Source of the DNA: Terriglobia bacterium
GTDB lineage: Bacteria > Acidobacteriota > Polarisedimenticolia > Polarisedimenticolales > JAIQFR01
DNA length: 64,000 nucleotides
Assembly: GCA_963748015.1 (NCBI GenBank)
Contig: CAVVHE010000005.1
Span: 352,001 to 416,000 of the forward strand
Reading direction: 5' to 3'
This document shows, one piece after another, positions 20,701 through 33,461 of the stretch (positions are counted from its first letter, which is position 1; every line of letters begins with the position of its first letter). The position numbers and the translations under genes were made by a program. The notes under the pieces were generated by a model. It did not search any database. It was not told the origin of the DNA and saw only the letters and a program-made list of their open reading frames with translations.

Positions 20701-22418
20701 CGCTTCGTGAAGTCGGGGCCGCCGTCGTTCGCGGCGTAGTGGTTGCCGACCACGATGCCGTTCTTCACGGTCGCGGGAGCGTAGCTGCGATACGGATCGG
20801 GAACGAAGTCGCGGTCGGAGTCGCGGCCGGAGTTCCCGGCGGCGACGAACAACATCGCGTCCGGGTACTCGAACAGGAACTGGTCGGCCTGCTGCGGGTA
20901 CGTCGTGTACTTGCTCAGGTCGGCCGTCGCCGTCGAGCCCCAGGACCAGTTGAACACCCTCGCGCCGTACCGCCCGTAGCCGTAGCACAGCGTGCCCTGC
21001 GCGAAGCCCGCGGTCGCGTCGCACACGCTCGCCGGCGTGTACGCGAGGCCCGGCTTCAGCGTCGTCGCCGTCGGGCCGTCGCAAGCGGTCACGGTCGTGG
21101 AGACCTGGCAGTCGAACACGCCGATCTTCGCCCCCTTCGCCACACCGTCGATCGCCCACGGCCGCTTCGTGTTCTGGTCGATCGCGTACCACGAGCCGCC
21201 GTAGGACGCGGCCGTCCTCGACGCGTTGCCCAGGGCGACGGACGCGACGATGTGGCCGTGCGTGAAGCCGCCGGTCATCGGGGAGTCGCAGCCGAGCAGG
21301 TCGCCCGAGCCGGTGCCGAATCCGGTCGTCGCCCGGTAGTCCACCACCTTGCGGTGGGTCGGGCCCGGCGTCCCGGCGTCGGTCTTCGTGTTCGACAGAT
21401 CGCCGGCGTCGATCGAGATGCCGGTGTCGGTGATCGAGAGGACCTGGGGCGACGTCCCGGTCACCCCGTTGCCGCTGCCGTCGATCCCGGCATCGTGGTA
21501 CGGAACCGCGCCCATGTTCCAGTGGCCGGTCTGAACCGTGGTCGTCGCCTTCTCGTCGAGGGGAACGTAGATCCCCTCTTCGTAGACCGCGTAGACCGGA
21601 TCGAGCGACGCGATGTCGCCCAGCCTGCCGCGGTCGATCTCGACCTCCACCTGCGCCGGGGAGACCGCCAGGATCGTGCCGCCCATCGCCTGGATGGCCC
21701 GGGCGACCGCGCCGGCGTCCTCGCCGGGGAACAGCCGGACCTGGAGCGAGTACACGCTCGAGAGGGCCTTCGCGGGGTCGGCGAGCGGTGAGCGACCGAT
21801 ATTCGGGTCGAGCTTGAACGCGGGGTGATAGGGCTCGAGGAAGCGGACGCCGCGCTGCCCCTGCACCGCGACGTATCCGGCCTGCGTCAGGCGAACGATG
21901 AACCCGTCCGGGCCCAGGCTCTGCGCGACCGCGCCGCCGGCGCTCTCGATGCTCTCTTCCATGCGCGCGAACGACCCGTCCGCGTACATCGAGGGCTCGA
22001 CCTCGAGCAGGAAGTACTGCGCCTGCTGCTTGCCGAGCTTGAAGGTCGTCCGCAGCTCCTGCGGAATCGCGGGAACGCCCCGATTCGTGTCGATCGCGCC
22101 CGCCACCGTGTACAGCACGCCGCTTGCCGGCGGGTTCGCCGGGTCGACGTTCCCCACGTAGGGACCGGTGGCGTAAGGCCACTGGTAGTTGGCTCGGGGG
22201 TACAGCGTCGGAAGATGGGCGTCCACGTCCTCCGCGGGGATGAGCGCCTGCTTGCCTGCCTCGGGTGCCGTGGCCGGCTGAGCGGCAAACGCCCCCGTCA
22301 CCCCAAGCAGGGCCAGGCCGAGGACGGCCGCGAAACCGGCGAGCGAACTCCACCCGATCCGAAGTTGATCGCGCACGATCGCCCCCTTGGTCGACCGGAT
22401 CCCGGTCGGCACGTCCAT
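14770..22418 (-). CDS. Giant secreted S8 (KP-43-type) subtilase multidomain protein, paralog S8a; frameshifts near 19355 and 17695
   Basis: ORFs 18636..22670, 17537..19330 and 14770..17607 join colinearly with paralog S8b. Triad ITDTG / THGH / NSSFAA, oxyanion AAGNSG, RDYFAQGFYPTG, SGALLK; later Ca-binding DxNxN motifs, GWYIDDV jelly-roll, PKD-like and C-terminal domains. GTG 22376 is an alternative start. Confidence 0.8.
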
Positions 22419-22462
22419 CACGCCTCCAGGACCGACGCTCCGCACGCGCGCTGGTCCCCCTT

Positions 22463-25400
22463 TCACCTGCAGGCCGACGGGTCCGTGCCGATCTGCACGT
22501 CGCGAGCCGCCGGCGTCTGGCCGGATCCGCTCTCCTGCGGCCCTCCGCTCGAGTAGGAGAACGGAGCGACGTTGCAGGTCGCGCCACGGGCCAGGTAGTA
22601 GAACGCCTGCCCGGGCGCGAGGATGCTGCCGTCGGTCGCGGACGAGCGGAGCACGTCGTCGACCGCGCACGCGAGCACGGTGCCCGTGAAGGTCCCGCCC
22701 GTACGGAGAGCGCCGAGATCCCCGCGCACCGCGTCGGTCCAGCCGTCGGCCCCCCAGGACAAGGTGAGGCCCTGGTCCGGCTCGACGCCGTTAAGACCGC
22801 CGGTCTTCCCGACCAGGAGCGGCCCCGTCCACGTCAGGGTCCCGGTGCTCGGGCACCCGACGGCCACGGTCGTGCTCGCCGTGCCCGCGCAGGATTGCAG
22901 CGTCGAGCAGCGCACGTCCACGGCGTAGGTCGTCGCCGCGGCCGGCGCGTCGACGAAGCTGCCGAGATCCGACCAGTCCTGCACGGTGACGCCTCCCACG
23001 GAGAACCGGAACTGCAGCGTGCCGCTCAGGCACCGGTCGGCGACCGAGCCGGCGGCGTCCAGCACGACCTGCTGTCCCGGGCCCGCGGTAGCGGGAGGGC
23101 CGGCGACCAGGCTCGCGGTCACCGACCCGCAGGTGCTCGGGCACGCGGGGAAGCCGGTGTTCGGAGCCGTGTCCGAGGAGACGGTGGCCGGCGAGGTCAG
23201 CGCGTTCGAGATCTCGACGTCGTCGATGTACCACCCGTCGTCCCTGCCGTGGTTCGTGCCCAGAACGCCGCTCCCGTCCCGCTCGTCCCCGACCTTGATC
23301 GTCGACACGAGGAAGCGGAGCCGCACGGCCCGGCCCTTGTACCGGTCCAGGTTGAATCGCGGCTCGACCCAGGTGCCCCGGTTGATCGAGCCCCGCAGGC
23401 CCACCAGGTCGTCGGATGCCCGCTGCGTGTTGCCGGGGATGTACGGGTTGCGCCAGTTCGTGTCCCCCTGCCGCGAGAAGACGAACTCCGGGTTGCAGGT
23501 CGAGGAAGGCCCGTACTGCCGGTTCGGGATCGGTCGGGTCGAAGTAGCTGTCCTCGTCGTTGCCATCATCGGTCGGGTCGAAGCTGCAGTTGCTGAAGCG
23601 CCATTCCGGCTGCACGTCGTAGACGTTCTGATATGGATTCAGCTTCGTCCAGACGCCCACCGGATTTCCGGTGCTCGGATCGGCCAGCTGCACCTCGACG
23701 ACCGCGCGGCTCATGCCATGTAGGTAGAGCGAGCTCGATATCGTGTAGTCCATCAGCGCGATCTGGTGCTTGAAGGAAAGCTCGGGCTCGTCGTCGTAGC
23801 CGAGGTACACCGGGTTGATGCTCCGGAGGGCCTGCAACGCGGACAGCGCCTCCGTGTCCTGGTCGGGGTTCGTCGGGACCTTGTGGACGCCCCAGTGCAC
23901 GGACTGGTTGCCGACGAACGCGCGGCCGCCGTCGGAGTTGGACGTCGTGTGCACGTGCCAGACGTACGGGGCCACGGCGCCGAGGGAGAAGCCCGGGTAG
24001 CAGTAGGTCTCGCCGTACGAGTTCGAGTTCACGAAGTCCGGGTCGTTGTACTGGCAGCGGGTGCCGTCGGCCAGAAGGGTCGAGGCGGCCGGAGTCGCCG
24101 CGGTGTACATCGAGTCCAGCGACATCGACGTGAAGGTGCCGAAGGCGCCGGGGCCCCCCGCTCCCTCGAAGCTCTCGATGAACGTCGTCGGCGAGCCGCC
24201 GCCCGAAACGTCGAGATCGAGGTCCTGGATGATGGTCTGGACGCGATCGGCCGCGTCGAACTGGTCCGACGACAACGTGACGTTGAACGTCGCGGAGATG
24301 TCGGCGAACTCCTGCCCGATTTGCCGGTTCACCGAGGACACCACCTTCCAGACGAACGGCGTCGGGATCTCGAGCGCCGCCCCTTTCGGCAGGGACGGCA
24401 GCACGATCGACGGCTGGAGGACGCAGTCCACGTTCGGGCTGTTGGTGGACAGTCGCGCGACGAGGTTCGTGAGGTCCTTCCCCGTCTTGTTGGAGACCGT
24501 GATGTACATGTTCACGGTCTCGTTCGTGTCGGCGAATCCATCGCCGTCGCCCTTGCCCGCGTCGTTCGTGATCCGGCTGCTCTTCACCACCACGCTTCCG
24601 GTGGAGACGTTGAGCGTGACCTGGGCCTGCACGACGCCCCACAGCGAGGCGTTCGGGCCGGGCTGGCAGGGATGGCCGGTGCCGTCGTCCGGATCGGCGT
24701 AGGTGAGGGCCACCACTAGCTGGGTGCTCCCGTCGCTCTGCACGAACAGCGTGCCGGGGGACTTGTAGGCCGACGAGACCGGCAGGTTCGCCCGGAACAC
24801 CCGGGAGCCGGACGTCGTCTCGTTCAGGACCACCCACTCACCCGCCGGGTCGGCGAGCGACGTCGCGTGCACGTACACGTCGCGCCGACCGTCGCCGTCG
24901 CAGTCCGTGCTGTCGACGCCGGCGTCGATGTACACGCCGTTGTGGTCGCAGTCGTTGTTGCCGCCCGCGGGATTGCCGGGCGAGGTATCGGTCACCGTGA
25001 TGTCGAGCCGCCCGAGGGTGTTGTAGCTCTGGGTGGTCGCGACGTCGAGCGTCGAGCACGATCCGCCGGCGCAATTCGTGGTCGTGTCCTCGACGACCGT
25101 GGACTCCTTCCACTCGAGGACCATGTCGTCGATCGCGACACCGTAGCCCCTGACTTGCGACGAGGTGCCAACTCCCTCGTTCACATAGTAGCCGATGGCG
25201 GCCTGCCATCTGAGGCCGTCGTCGCCGTGTCGATACCCGTTGTCACCGGTGGCGTCCTCGTAGACGATGAACCGGCCGTCCATGTAGGGGTAGGCGGCGG
25301 TCATGTTCATGTTGCGCAGCGGGCCGTTCTTCTTGACGAACTGGTCGGTCGTGGTGGTTGGATCGAACGCGCAGGTCCCGTCGTAGGCGTGAGCCGGCGT

Positions 25401-28400
25401 CGCGACGCAGTCGGTCGATGCGGTGGCCGCAGTGCAGGAGGTCTGCTTGTCGTTCGGGTTCGACGGGTCGTTGCACCAGCCGTTCCGGAGGTCGTCGTCC
25501 GGCGGGAGCGGGAAGACCGGCGGGCCGAAGCGTCCCGCGGAACCGGCCTGCTCGAAGAGGCAGCAGTTCTTGGCCTCGCGGTTTCCGCCGATCGTGCCGT
25601 TCCGCGTGGTCGTGCCGTTGGACGTGTCGTAGTCGGCGAACTGCGGGTAGCCGTTGAACCACCGGCCGTAGTACCCGCTTCCGTGGATCGCCCCCTTCGG
25701 GCCCCAGATGCTGTTCCCGCCCGGGGACATGATGTAGCCGTTGAGCTTGACCGGCTGCAGCGAATCGACGTCGTTGTCCAGCGCCCAGCTCACGCGGGAC
25801 CAGGAGTCGGGGAGGTCGATCTCCATGTTCCACGCCCAGTTGGTGAATTGCGTCTTGTAGACCAGGCGACCCTCGGCGTCCCTGTCCTGGTTGACCATTT
25901 CGACCACCGGGGTCTGGAGGTTCTCCCACCAGAACCGGCCGGCGCCGGTGAACGCCGGGAACGGCTCGGTCCGCTGGCACTGGCCCAGCGTCGAACCGTC
26001 CACCATGCAGGTCACCGCGGTGACGCTGCCGATCGTGCCGGTGTGCCAGACGCCGCCCGTCGGCTGGCCGGAGGCTTTGGTCACCCAGCCGCAGCCGCCC
26101 AGCGTGCTCCAGTTCTGGTCGAGCACGCCGTTGGCCGGGTCGCGGTCCTCGCCGGCGTCGAGGAGGTTGTTGTAGTTCATGTCCTCGCCCCAGTTCGCGG
26201 GAAGCGGGGAGAGGGTCGTCGTGCTGCCGATGACGATGCCGGACGTGAACCCGCCGTTGTTCGTGTCGAAGTTCCATGGGGCCTGGATGCCCGTGTTGCG
26301 GGTGCCGCCACGGGTCAGGTCGGACCAGGTCACGGTCTCGAAGCGGTAGTCGCAGGCGTTGTTCACATCGCCGAGGAACGTCGCCGGGTTCTCGATCGTC
26401 TCGTTGTTGTTCCAGTCGTAGTACTCCGTGCCGCCCGTCGGGAAGTCCGTCGAGTAGTACAGCGCCTGCTCGTTCGCGTTGAGCCAGGTCCTGTACACGG
26501 CGAGCCCTTCCGCCGGCTTGCCGGACTTCTTTGCGGAGATCCCGAGGAGCAGGTCGACGTCGTACAGCCCGGTGAAGTCACCCATCTGGATCGTGAAGCT
26601 GATGGCGAACGCCGGCCCGGTCAACCTGGAAGTCCAAGAAGCATACGGGGCGAGGGCGGGGACGAAGCCGATGTTCTTCGGCGAGTCGAGCACCCGCAGG
26701 ATCGACTGGTCGACCGGCGGGTTGTTCGTGCGGTTCGGGTCGGCGCAGTCCCTCGTGAACGGAAGGCAGCCCTGAGGGCTGTCGGTGTCGTGCAGCACGG
26801 CCCTCAGGGTCGCCACCGCATCCTCGAGGTCCACGCTGTCGAGCCCTCGGATCGCCATCTGGAAATCGATCAGCTCTCCGTGGTCCATGTACTGGTCGGG
26901 GTAGCCGTGAATGGACGTGAAGTAGCCGCGGGCGTCGCGCTCGCAACCGCCGTTCACCGCCGCGGAGGCGTCCTGCCCATACAGCGAGAACTTGGACCCG
27001 CCGAAGTCGAACTCTACGCGGCAATTCACCACCTTGACCGCGGTGCGGGTCGCGCCGATGTCGTCGTAGACGACCCGGACGTACTGGCCGTCGCGCGCGT
27101 CGAGCGCCCCGTTGCCCGAATCGGGCATCGTGTCGGAGCTGATGGGCAGGAGGTTGGATTTCCAGACGTGTCCGACCGTGTTGGTGAAACTCAGGCCGGT
27201 CTCGATGTCCACGACGACGTCGTCGGCCGTGCCGTAGATCCGGTCCGGGCCCGGATCCACGACCTCCACGCGGGTACGCGAGGAGATGATGGCTGGAGTA
27301 TGGGAGGCCGTCGGATCCGCCACGTCCTCAAACTCGTCGACGACCGCCCGCGCGCTGTCGTTGCAGGCGAGGTCGCCCGAGACGGCCGTGTCGACGCCGC
27401 CCATGACGCGGTGGACGTCGAGGCCCGTCCAGGAGCCGCGGGACACGGCGCCCACGATCGCGAGCGCGTACTTCTGCGAGGCCGGAAGGGTCGTGCCCTT
27501 GACGCTCACGGTCCAGGTGCCGACCTCGAGCTGGTTGGCGGACGGGTCGGTCGGGTCGAAGCTCGGCGACAGGAAGATCGCCTCGGTCGGGTTCTTGTGG
27601 TCGAACACGTCGAGGGTCACGTGCGCGGAATCGTACGGCAGGCTCCAGCGCGACGCGTCGATGAGCCCCGTCGTGCACCAGGGAGCGAGCTGGCAGTCCT
27701 CGCCGGCATCCACCCCGCGATTCCGGTTGAGGTCGTCGGTGAAGTAGTTTCCGATGTACGTCCTGCCGCTCGGCGAGACCAGCTCGAGGTCGAGGTCGTG
27801 CGCCAGCAGGTCGCCCTGAGGCTCGACCCATGCGAGGCCCACCCGCAACTCGTGAGCCGTGTCGCTCACCTGGAAGCTGTACGACTGGACCTCGCCCTGT
27901 GTAATGGCCCCGGGGTTCAGCGTCGTGTCGTTCTTGCCGCCGGCGATGCCGCCGTCCGCGACGATCATCGAGGGCGGGCTAGAATACGTGGCGAGCGGAA
28001 GCACGTTGTTGAGTTGGATCTTGCCGTACCCCTGCTCGTAATTCCAACGGTACTTTGCGCTGAGGGTCGGCACGAAGTAGCCGACGTAAACGGTCGTGCC
28101 GTCCAGGAAGTCGCCCGACAGCATCAGCACGGTCTTGAGCAGCGCGCCCGAGAGGTTCGGCACCCCGTTCGCTTCGACCTGCGTGCCGGTCGGATAGAAA
28201 CCCTGCGCGAAGTAGTCGCGGATCAGCAAGCCCGCGCCGGCCGCGGCAGCGGCCGCGAAGCTGCTGCCATTCTGGCGGGAGGCGATGTCGCACTGGACCG
28301 GGTTGAGCTGGTCGTTGTCGTTCGAACGGCACGCGTACGTGCCGTACGGGCCGAGCGTGCCGGCGTCCGAGCCGGGCGCCATGATCAGCGGCGTGATCCG

Positions 28401-30122
28401 CTGGGAGGCCACGCTGGCCGGGCCGGTGCCCGACGTGGACACGCGCGCCTTGGTGTAGTCGGTGCCGCCGTCGTTCGCGGTGTAGTGGTTGCCCACCACG
28501 ATGCCGTTCTTCACGGTCGCGGGGGCGTAGGTGCGGTACGGATCCGGGACGAGATCCTTGTCGGTGTCTTGGCCCGAGTTCCCGGCGGCCACGAACAGCA
28601 TCGCGTCCGGATACTCGTAGAGGAACTGGTCGGCCTGCTGCGGGTACGTGGTGTACGCGCTCCGGTCGGCCGTCGCCGTCGAGCCCCAGGACCAGTTGAA
28701 TACCCTCGCGCCGTACCGACCGTAGCCGTAGCACAGGGTGCCCTGCGCGAAGCCCGCGGTCGCGTCGCACACGCTCGCCGGCGTGTACGCGAGGCCCGGC
28801 TTCAGCGTCGTCGCCGTCGGGCCGGCGCACGCGGCCAGGGTCGTGGAGACCTGGCAGTCGAACACGCCGATCTTCGCGCCCTTCGCGACGCCGTCGATCG
28901 CCCACGGCCGCTGGGTATTCGGGTCGATCGCGTACCAGGAGCCGCCGTAGGACGCGGCCGTCCTCGACGCGTTGCCCACGGCGACCGACGCGACGATGTG
29001 GCCGTGCGTGAAGCCGCCGGTCATCGGCGCGTCGCAGCCGAGCAGGTCGCCCGAGCCGGTGCCGAATCCGGTCGTCGCCCTGTAGTCCACCACCTTGCGG
29101 TGGACGGTGCCGGGCGTTCCGGCATCGGTCTTCGTGTTCGACAGATCGCCGGCGTCGATCGAGATGCCGGTGTCGGTGATCGAGAGGACCTGGGGCGACG
29201 TCCCGGTCACCCCGTTGCCGCCGCCGTCGATCCCGGCGTCGTGGTACGGAACCGCGCCCATGTTCCAGTGGCCGGTCTGGATCGTGGTCGTCGCCTTCTC
29301 GTCGAGGGGAACGTAGATCCCCTCCTCGTAGACCGCGTAGACCGGATCGAGCGAGGCGATGTCGCCCAGCCTGCCGCGGTCGATCTCGACGTCCACCTGC
29401 GCCGGGGAGACCGCCAGGATCGTGGCGCCCATCGCCTGGAGGGCGCGGGCGACCGCGCCGGCGTCCTCGCCAGGGAACAGCCGGACCTGGAGCGAGTACA
29501 CGCTCGAGAGCGCCTTCGCCGGATCCGTCAGGGGCGACCGCCCGATGTCCGGATCGAGCTTGAACGCGGGGTGATACGGCTCGAGGAAGCGAACGCCCCC
29601 CTGCCCCTGGACTGCGGCGTACCCGGCCTGCGTCAGGCGGACGATGAACCCGTCCGGGCCCAGGCTCTGCGAGAGGGCGCCGCCGGCGCTCTCGATGCTC
29701 TCCTGTAGGCGCGCGAACGACCCGTCCGCGTACATCGAGCGTTCGACCTCGAGCAGGAAGTACTGCGCCTTCTGCTTGCCGAGCTTGACGGTTGTCCGCA
29801 GCTCCAGCGGAATGGCGGGAACGCCTCGATTCGTGTCGATCGCGCCCGCCACCGTGTACAGCACGCCCGTCGCGGGCGGGTTCGCCGGGTCGACGTTCCC
29901 CACGTGGGGACCGGTGGCGTAAGGCCACTGGTAGTTGGCCCGGGGGTACAGCGTCGGGAGCTGGGCGTCCACGTCCTCCGCGGGGATGAGCGCCTGCTTG
30001 CCTGCATCGGGCGCCTTGGCTGGCTGATCGGCGAACGCCCCCGTCATCGGAAGCAGGGCCAGGCCGAGGACCGCTGCGAAACCGGCGAGCGAACTCCACC
30101 CGATCCGAAGTCGATCGCGCAT
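22463..30122 (-). CDS. Giant secreted S8 (KP-43-type) subtilase multidomain protein, paralog S8b; frameshift near 23530
   Basis: ORF 22791..30122 plus 22463..23569; signal peptide; ITDTG, THGH, AAGNSG, NGSSFAA; same architecture as S8a. True start may be 30163. Confidence 0.85.
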
Positions 30123-30232
30123 AGTTACCCCATGGTGGACGGTGTCCCGGTCGGCACGTCCATCACGCCTCCCGGGCGGACGCTCCGCACGCGCAGTAGT
30201 CGCGCGTGGAAGTGCGCCCCCTCTCCCCGAGA

Positions 30233-30261
30233 CTAGTACGGCGCGTGACCCTGGATGTCAA
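30233..30261 (-). promoter_or_regulatory. Putative sigma70 promoter of the S8 pair
   Basis: Minus strand TTGACA-N17-TACTAG; perfect -35, imperfect -10. Confidence 0.5.
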
Positions 30262-30360
30262 TAGGGGAGACGATCCCGCCCGGCGCGGGCGGATATTGGC
30301 TGTCTCGGCGAGCTAATCCTACGCGGGCGGGCGCGTCGCCGCCGGCGTTCGCGGACAGCT

Positions 30361-33300
30361 TTACTCGATCCGGGCGACGCCGATCGGCTGCCCCCCGCGC
30401 GTGACTGGCGTGGCGCTTCGCTTCTGCCTGGTGATGGGATCCTGGCGGATACCACCCTGATCGTGGGGGACGATGACGACGTCTTGTCCTGCCCCGATGT
30501 TCCCGGACGCGTCTAACGCCTGATACCGGAGCGTGTACGTCCGGCCGGGACCATTGCCGTCCCGCTCCGCTCGAAGGAGCATGTCGAAGTCCGGGGTGCC
30601 GAGAATCGCACCCTGGATGTCGTTGGTCGTGTTCCCATCCCCTCCGCCCGGCGCGTCGTCCGGTTCGCTCGAGATGACGGAAGCCAGGATGATCTGGGGT
30701 GACGGATCACAGGCATCGTGCACGACCACGCGACTGTGGACGGGATACATCGCGTGGTTTGGCGGCCACAGATAGTGAGGACTCGACTCGACCGTCACCG
30801 ACGGAGGCGTGGTATCCACCACGGTCACGACGGTCTGGCACGTGGCCGGGTTCCCGGCGCCGTCCCTGGCCGTGAACGTCACCGTCGTGGAGCCCAGGGG
30901 GTACGAGCCCGACGCATCCGCCCCACCCGCGGTCCTGTCGTTGGTGATCGCGACCGCTCCGAAGCAGCATGTCGGTCGCGGTCGCGGGGGGAAGCGCAAT
31001 CGGTGATTGCCCCGCGGCCTGGCATTCCACCCGCATGCTCGACGGGCAGGTGATGACGGGCGGAGTGGTGTCCTGGACGGTGATGATCGTGCCGTCGGTC
31101 CCGGTCGCACCGGCTTTGTCCGTCACCGTCAGGAGAACGTCGTGGACTCCGAGCGAGAACGGAACGGACGCTGTTTCGGCGCTGGCCAAGGTGGATCCGC
31201 TCTCCGACCAGACGAAACTGACGATGTCGTCGTTCGTGCGCGGGGTCGAATCGACGTCGGTGCTGGCCGAGCCGTCGAGCGCTGCCGTCGCCTTTCCGTC
31301 ACCCGTGCATTCGAGGACCTGGTCCGGACCGGCGTCGGCGACGGGCGGTTGGTTCGCGGGCCCGTATTCCCAGAGATCGCCAAAGAGGACGCTGTTGTTG
31401 TTCACGCCTCCGAAGAGCACGGCGACCCCTCGCGTACTGTCGTAGGCCATGGCGAAGTAACCGCGGCTCACCGCGGCTGGCGGCCGGCGTCCTCTGAACC
31501 CACGTGTTCCCGTCCCACTCCCACGTAGGAGGGGTCCCGATTGGAGTGGGCCATCCTCCGAAGCGCACGACGCGTCCCCGTGCGCTGTCGTAGGCCATCG
31601 CGGATCCCTCGCAAAAGAGCTGGCTGTTGGCGGGCGACTTCCGGGTCCACGTGCTTCCGTCCCACTCCCACGTATCGGCCAACACCAGGGAGCCGGTCCC
31701 CTTGCCCCCGAACAGCACGACGCGCCCGCGCGCGCTGTCGTACGCCATCGCGTGGTATTCGCGCGCGGGTGGGCTCGTGGCGGGCGTCCTCTGAACCCAG
31801 GTGTTCCCGTCCCACTCCCAGGTGTCGGCGAGGCGCTGGAGCTGGCGATTCGCGTCGTAGTAGGATCCGCCGAAGAGCAGGACGACCCCTCGCGCGCTGT
31901 CGTACGCCATCGCGTGGTTCTGGCGGGCCGGTGGACTCGTGCCGGGCGTCCGCGGGATCCAGGAGTCTCCGTCCCACTCCCACGTGTCGGCGAGGTAACT
32001 CCCGAAGGCGATGGCGCCCCCGAACAGCACGACGCGCTCGCGCGCGCTGTCGTACGCCATCGCGTGGCCGGCGCGCGCGGGTGGGCTCGTCGAGGGCGTC
32101 CTCTCGACCCAGTTGTTCCCTTCCCACTCCCACGTGTCCGCGAGGGACCGCCCTCGGGTCGACCCCCCGAAGAGAACCGCGCGTCCCCGCGCGCCGTCGT
32201 ACGCCATCGCATGGCTCTGGCGGGCGGATGGGCTTGTGGCTTTCTGTGCCCAGTCGTTACCGTCCCACTCCCAGGTGTCTCCAGAGAACAGATTCCCGCT
32301 CCCCAGCCCTCCGAAGAGCACGACGCGTCCCCGCACGCCGTCGTACGCCATTGCGGCGCCGAGCCGGGCTGACGGGAAGGACTCGGGCGTCCTCTGCACC
32401 CAGGTGTCGCCATCCCACTCCCAAGTGTCGGCGAAGAACTGGCTTTGGTTGCTCCCGTAGTCGTAGCGGTATCCGCCGAAGAGCACGACGCGTCCCCGCG
32501 TGCTGTCGTAGGCCATCGCGGCGAAGTGCAGCGCCGGCGGGCTCGTGGCAGGCGTCCGCTGAATCCACGTGCTCCCGTCCCATTCCCACGTGTCGGCGAA
32601 GTACTGGTGCTGCTGACTCGTGTCGTCGTAGAAGGACCCCCCGAAGAGCACGACGCGCCCCCGCGCGCTGTCGTACGCCATAGCGTGGCCCTCGCGCGCG
32701 TGCGGGCTCGCGGATGGTGCCCGCGAGATCCAATTGTCCCCATCCCATTCCCAGGTGTCGGCGAAGATCTGCGTGATGCCAGTCGTGCGGTTGTAGTCGA
32801 ATCCTCCGAAGAGGACGACGCGTCCCCGCGTGCTGTCGTAAGCCATCGCATGGCCATCGCGCGCGGGTGGGCTCGTACCGGGTGTCCGCTGGACCCACGT
32901 GTTGCCGTCCGACTCCCAGGTGTCGGCCAGACGGTAGCCTTCATACAGGTCGTATGCCCCCGAAGAGCACCACGCGTCCGCGCGCGCTGTCGTACGCCAT
33001 CGCAAGGCCTTGCCTGGCCTGTCGGCCCCGTTGCGAACGCCTGCGGGACCCACGTATTCCCGTCCCAATCCCAGGTGTCGGCGAGAGTCGAGGGGGCGGG
33101 GAACCCGCGCACGGGGAAACCGCCGGACATCACGACACGCCCCCGCGCGCTGTCGTAGGCCATCGCGTGGCTATAGCGGGTTGGCGGGATCTTGAGGACC
33201 CACTTGACCGTGTCGGAAGTCGCCTCCACGTCTCCCGGGGCGGCCACCATTCGTGGGGGCCGGATCCAGGGCGGACGGCGGCCGTCGGAGCGTTCACGCT

Positions 33301-33396
33301 CGTGGACGCCGGGGCCTGGGCGACAACCGCCGACGGGGCGGCCGCGAGGAGCAGGCACACGACAACGGGAAGCCACGGAACCCTCATGATCGCCAT
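30361..33396 (-). CDS. 12-blade Kelch-like/PKD/HYR secreted protein, paralog P2 (multiple frameshifts; possible pseudogene)
   Basis: ATG 33396 (MAIMRVPWL) after GGAGG; pieces in ORFs 30707..33376, 31299..33068 and 30361..31110 rebuild the P1 architecture. Confidence 0.8.
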
Positions 33397-33461
33397 GACC
33401 CGCCTCCTGGTCCGAGGCTCGCGCCGGAAAGGGTTATCCGGGCTGCGCGCACCTCGAAACC

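Larger units (their letters stand above)
14770..30194 (-). repeat. Tandem duplication of ~7.7-kb units (S8a and S8b with shared leader)
   Basis: Leader gcgcgtgcggagcgtc..ggaggcgtgATG and coding sequence are repeated; the last ~750 bp of each gene are nearly identical. Confidence 0.9.

Noticed and set aside
24867..29708. Long antisense ORFs (1613 aa here; also 3250..7146, 15202..17898, 19245..21791, 6..833)
   Set aside because: Typical stop-poor antisense frames of high-GC genes with no recognisable motifs.
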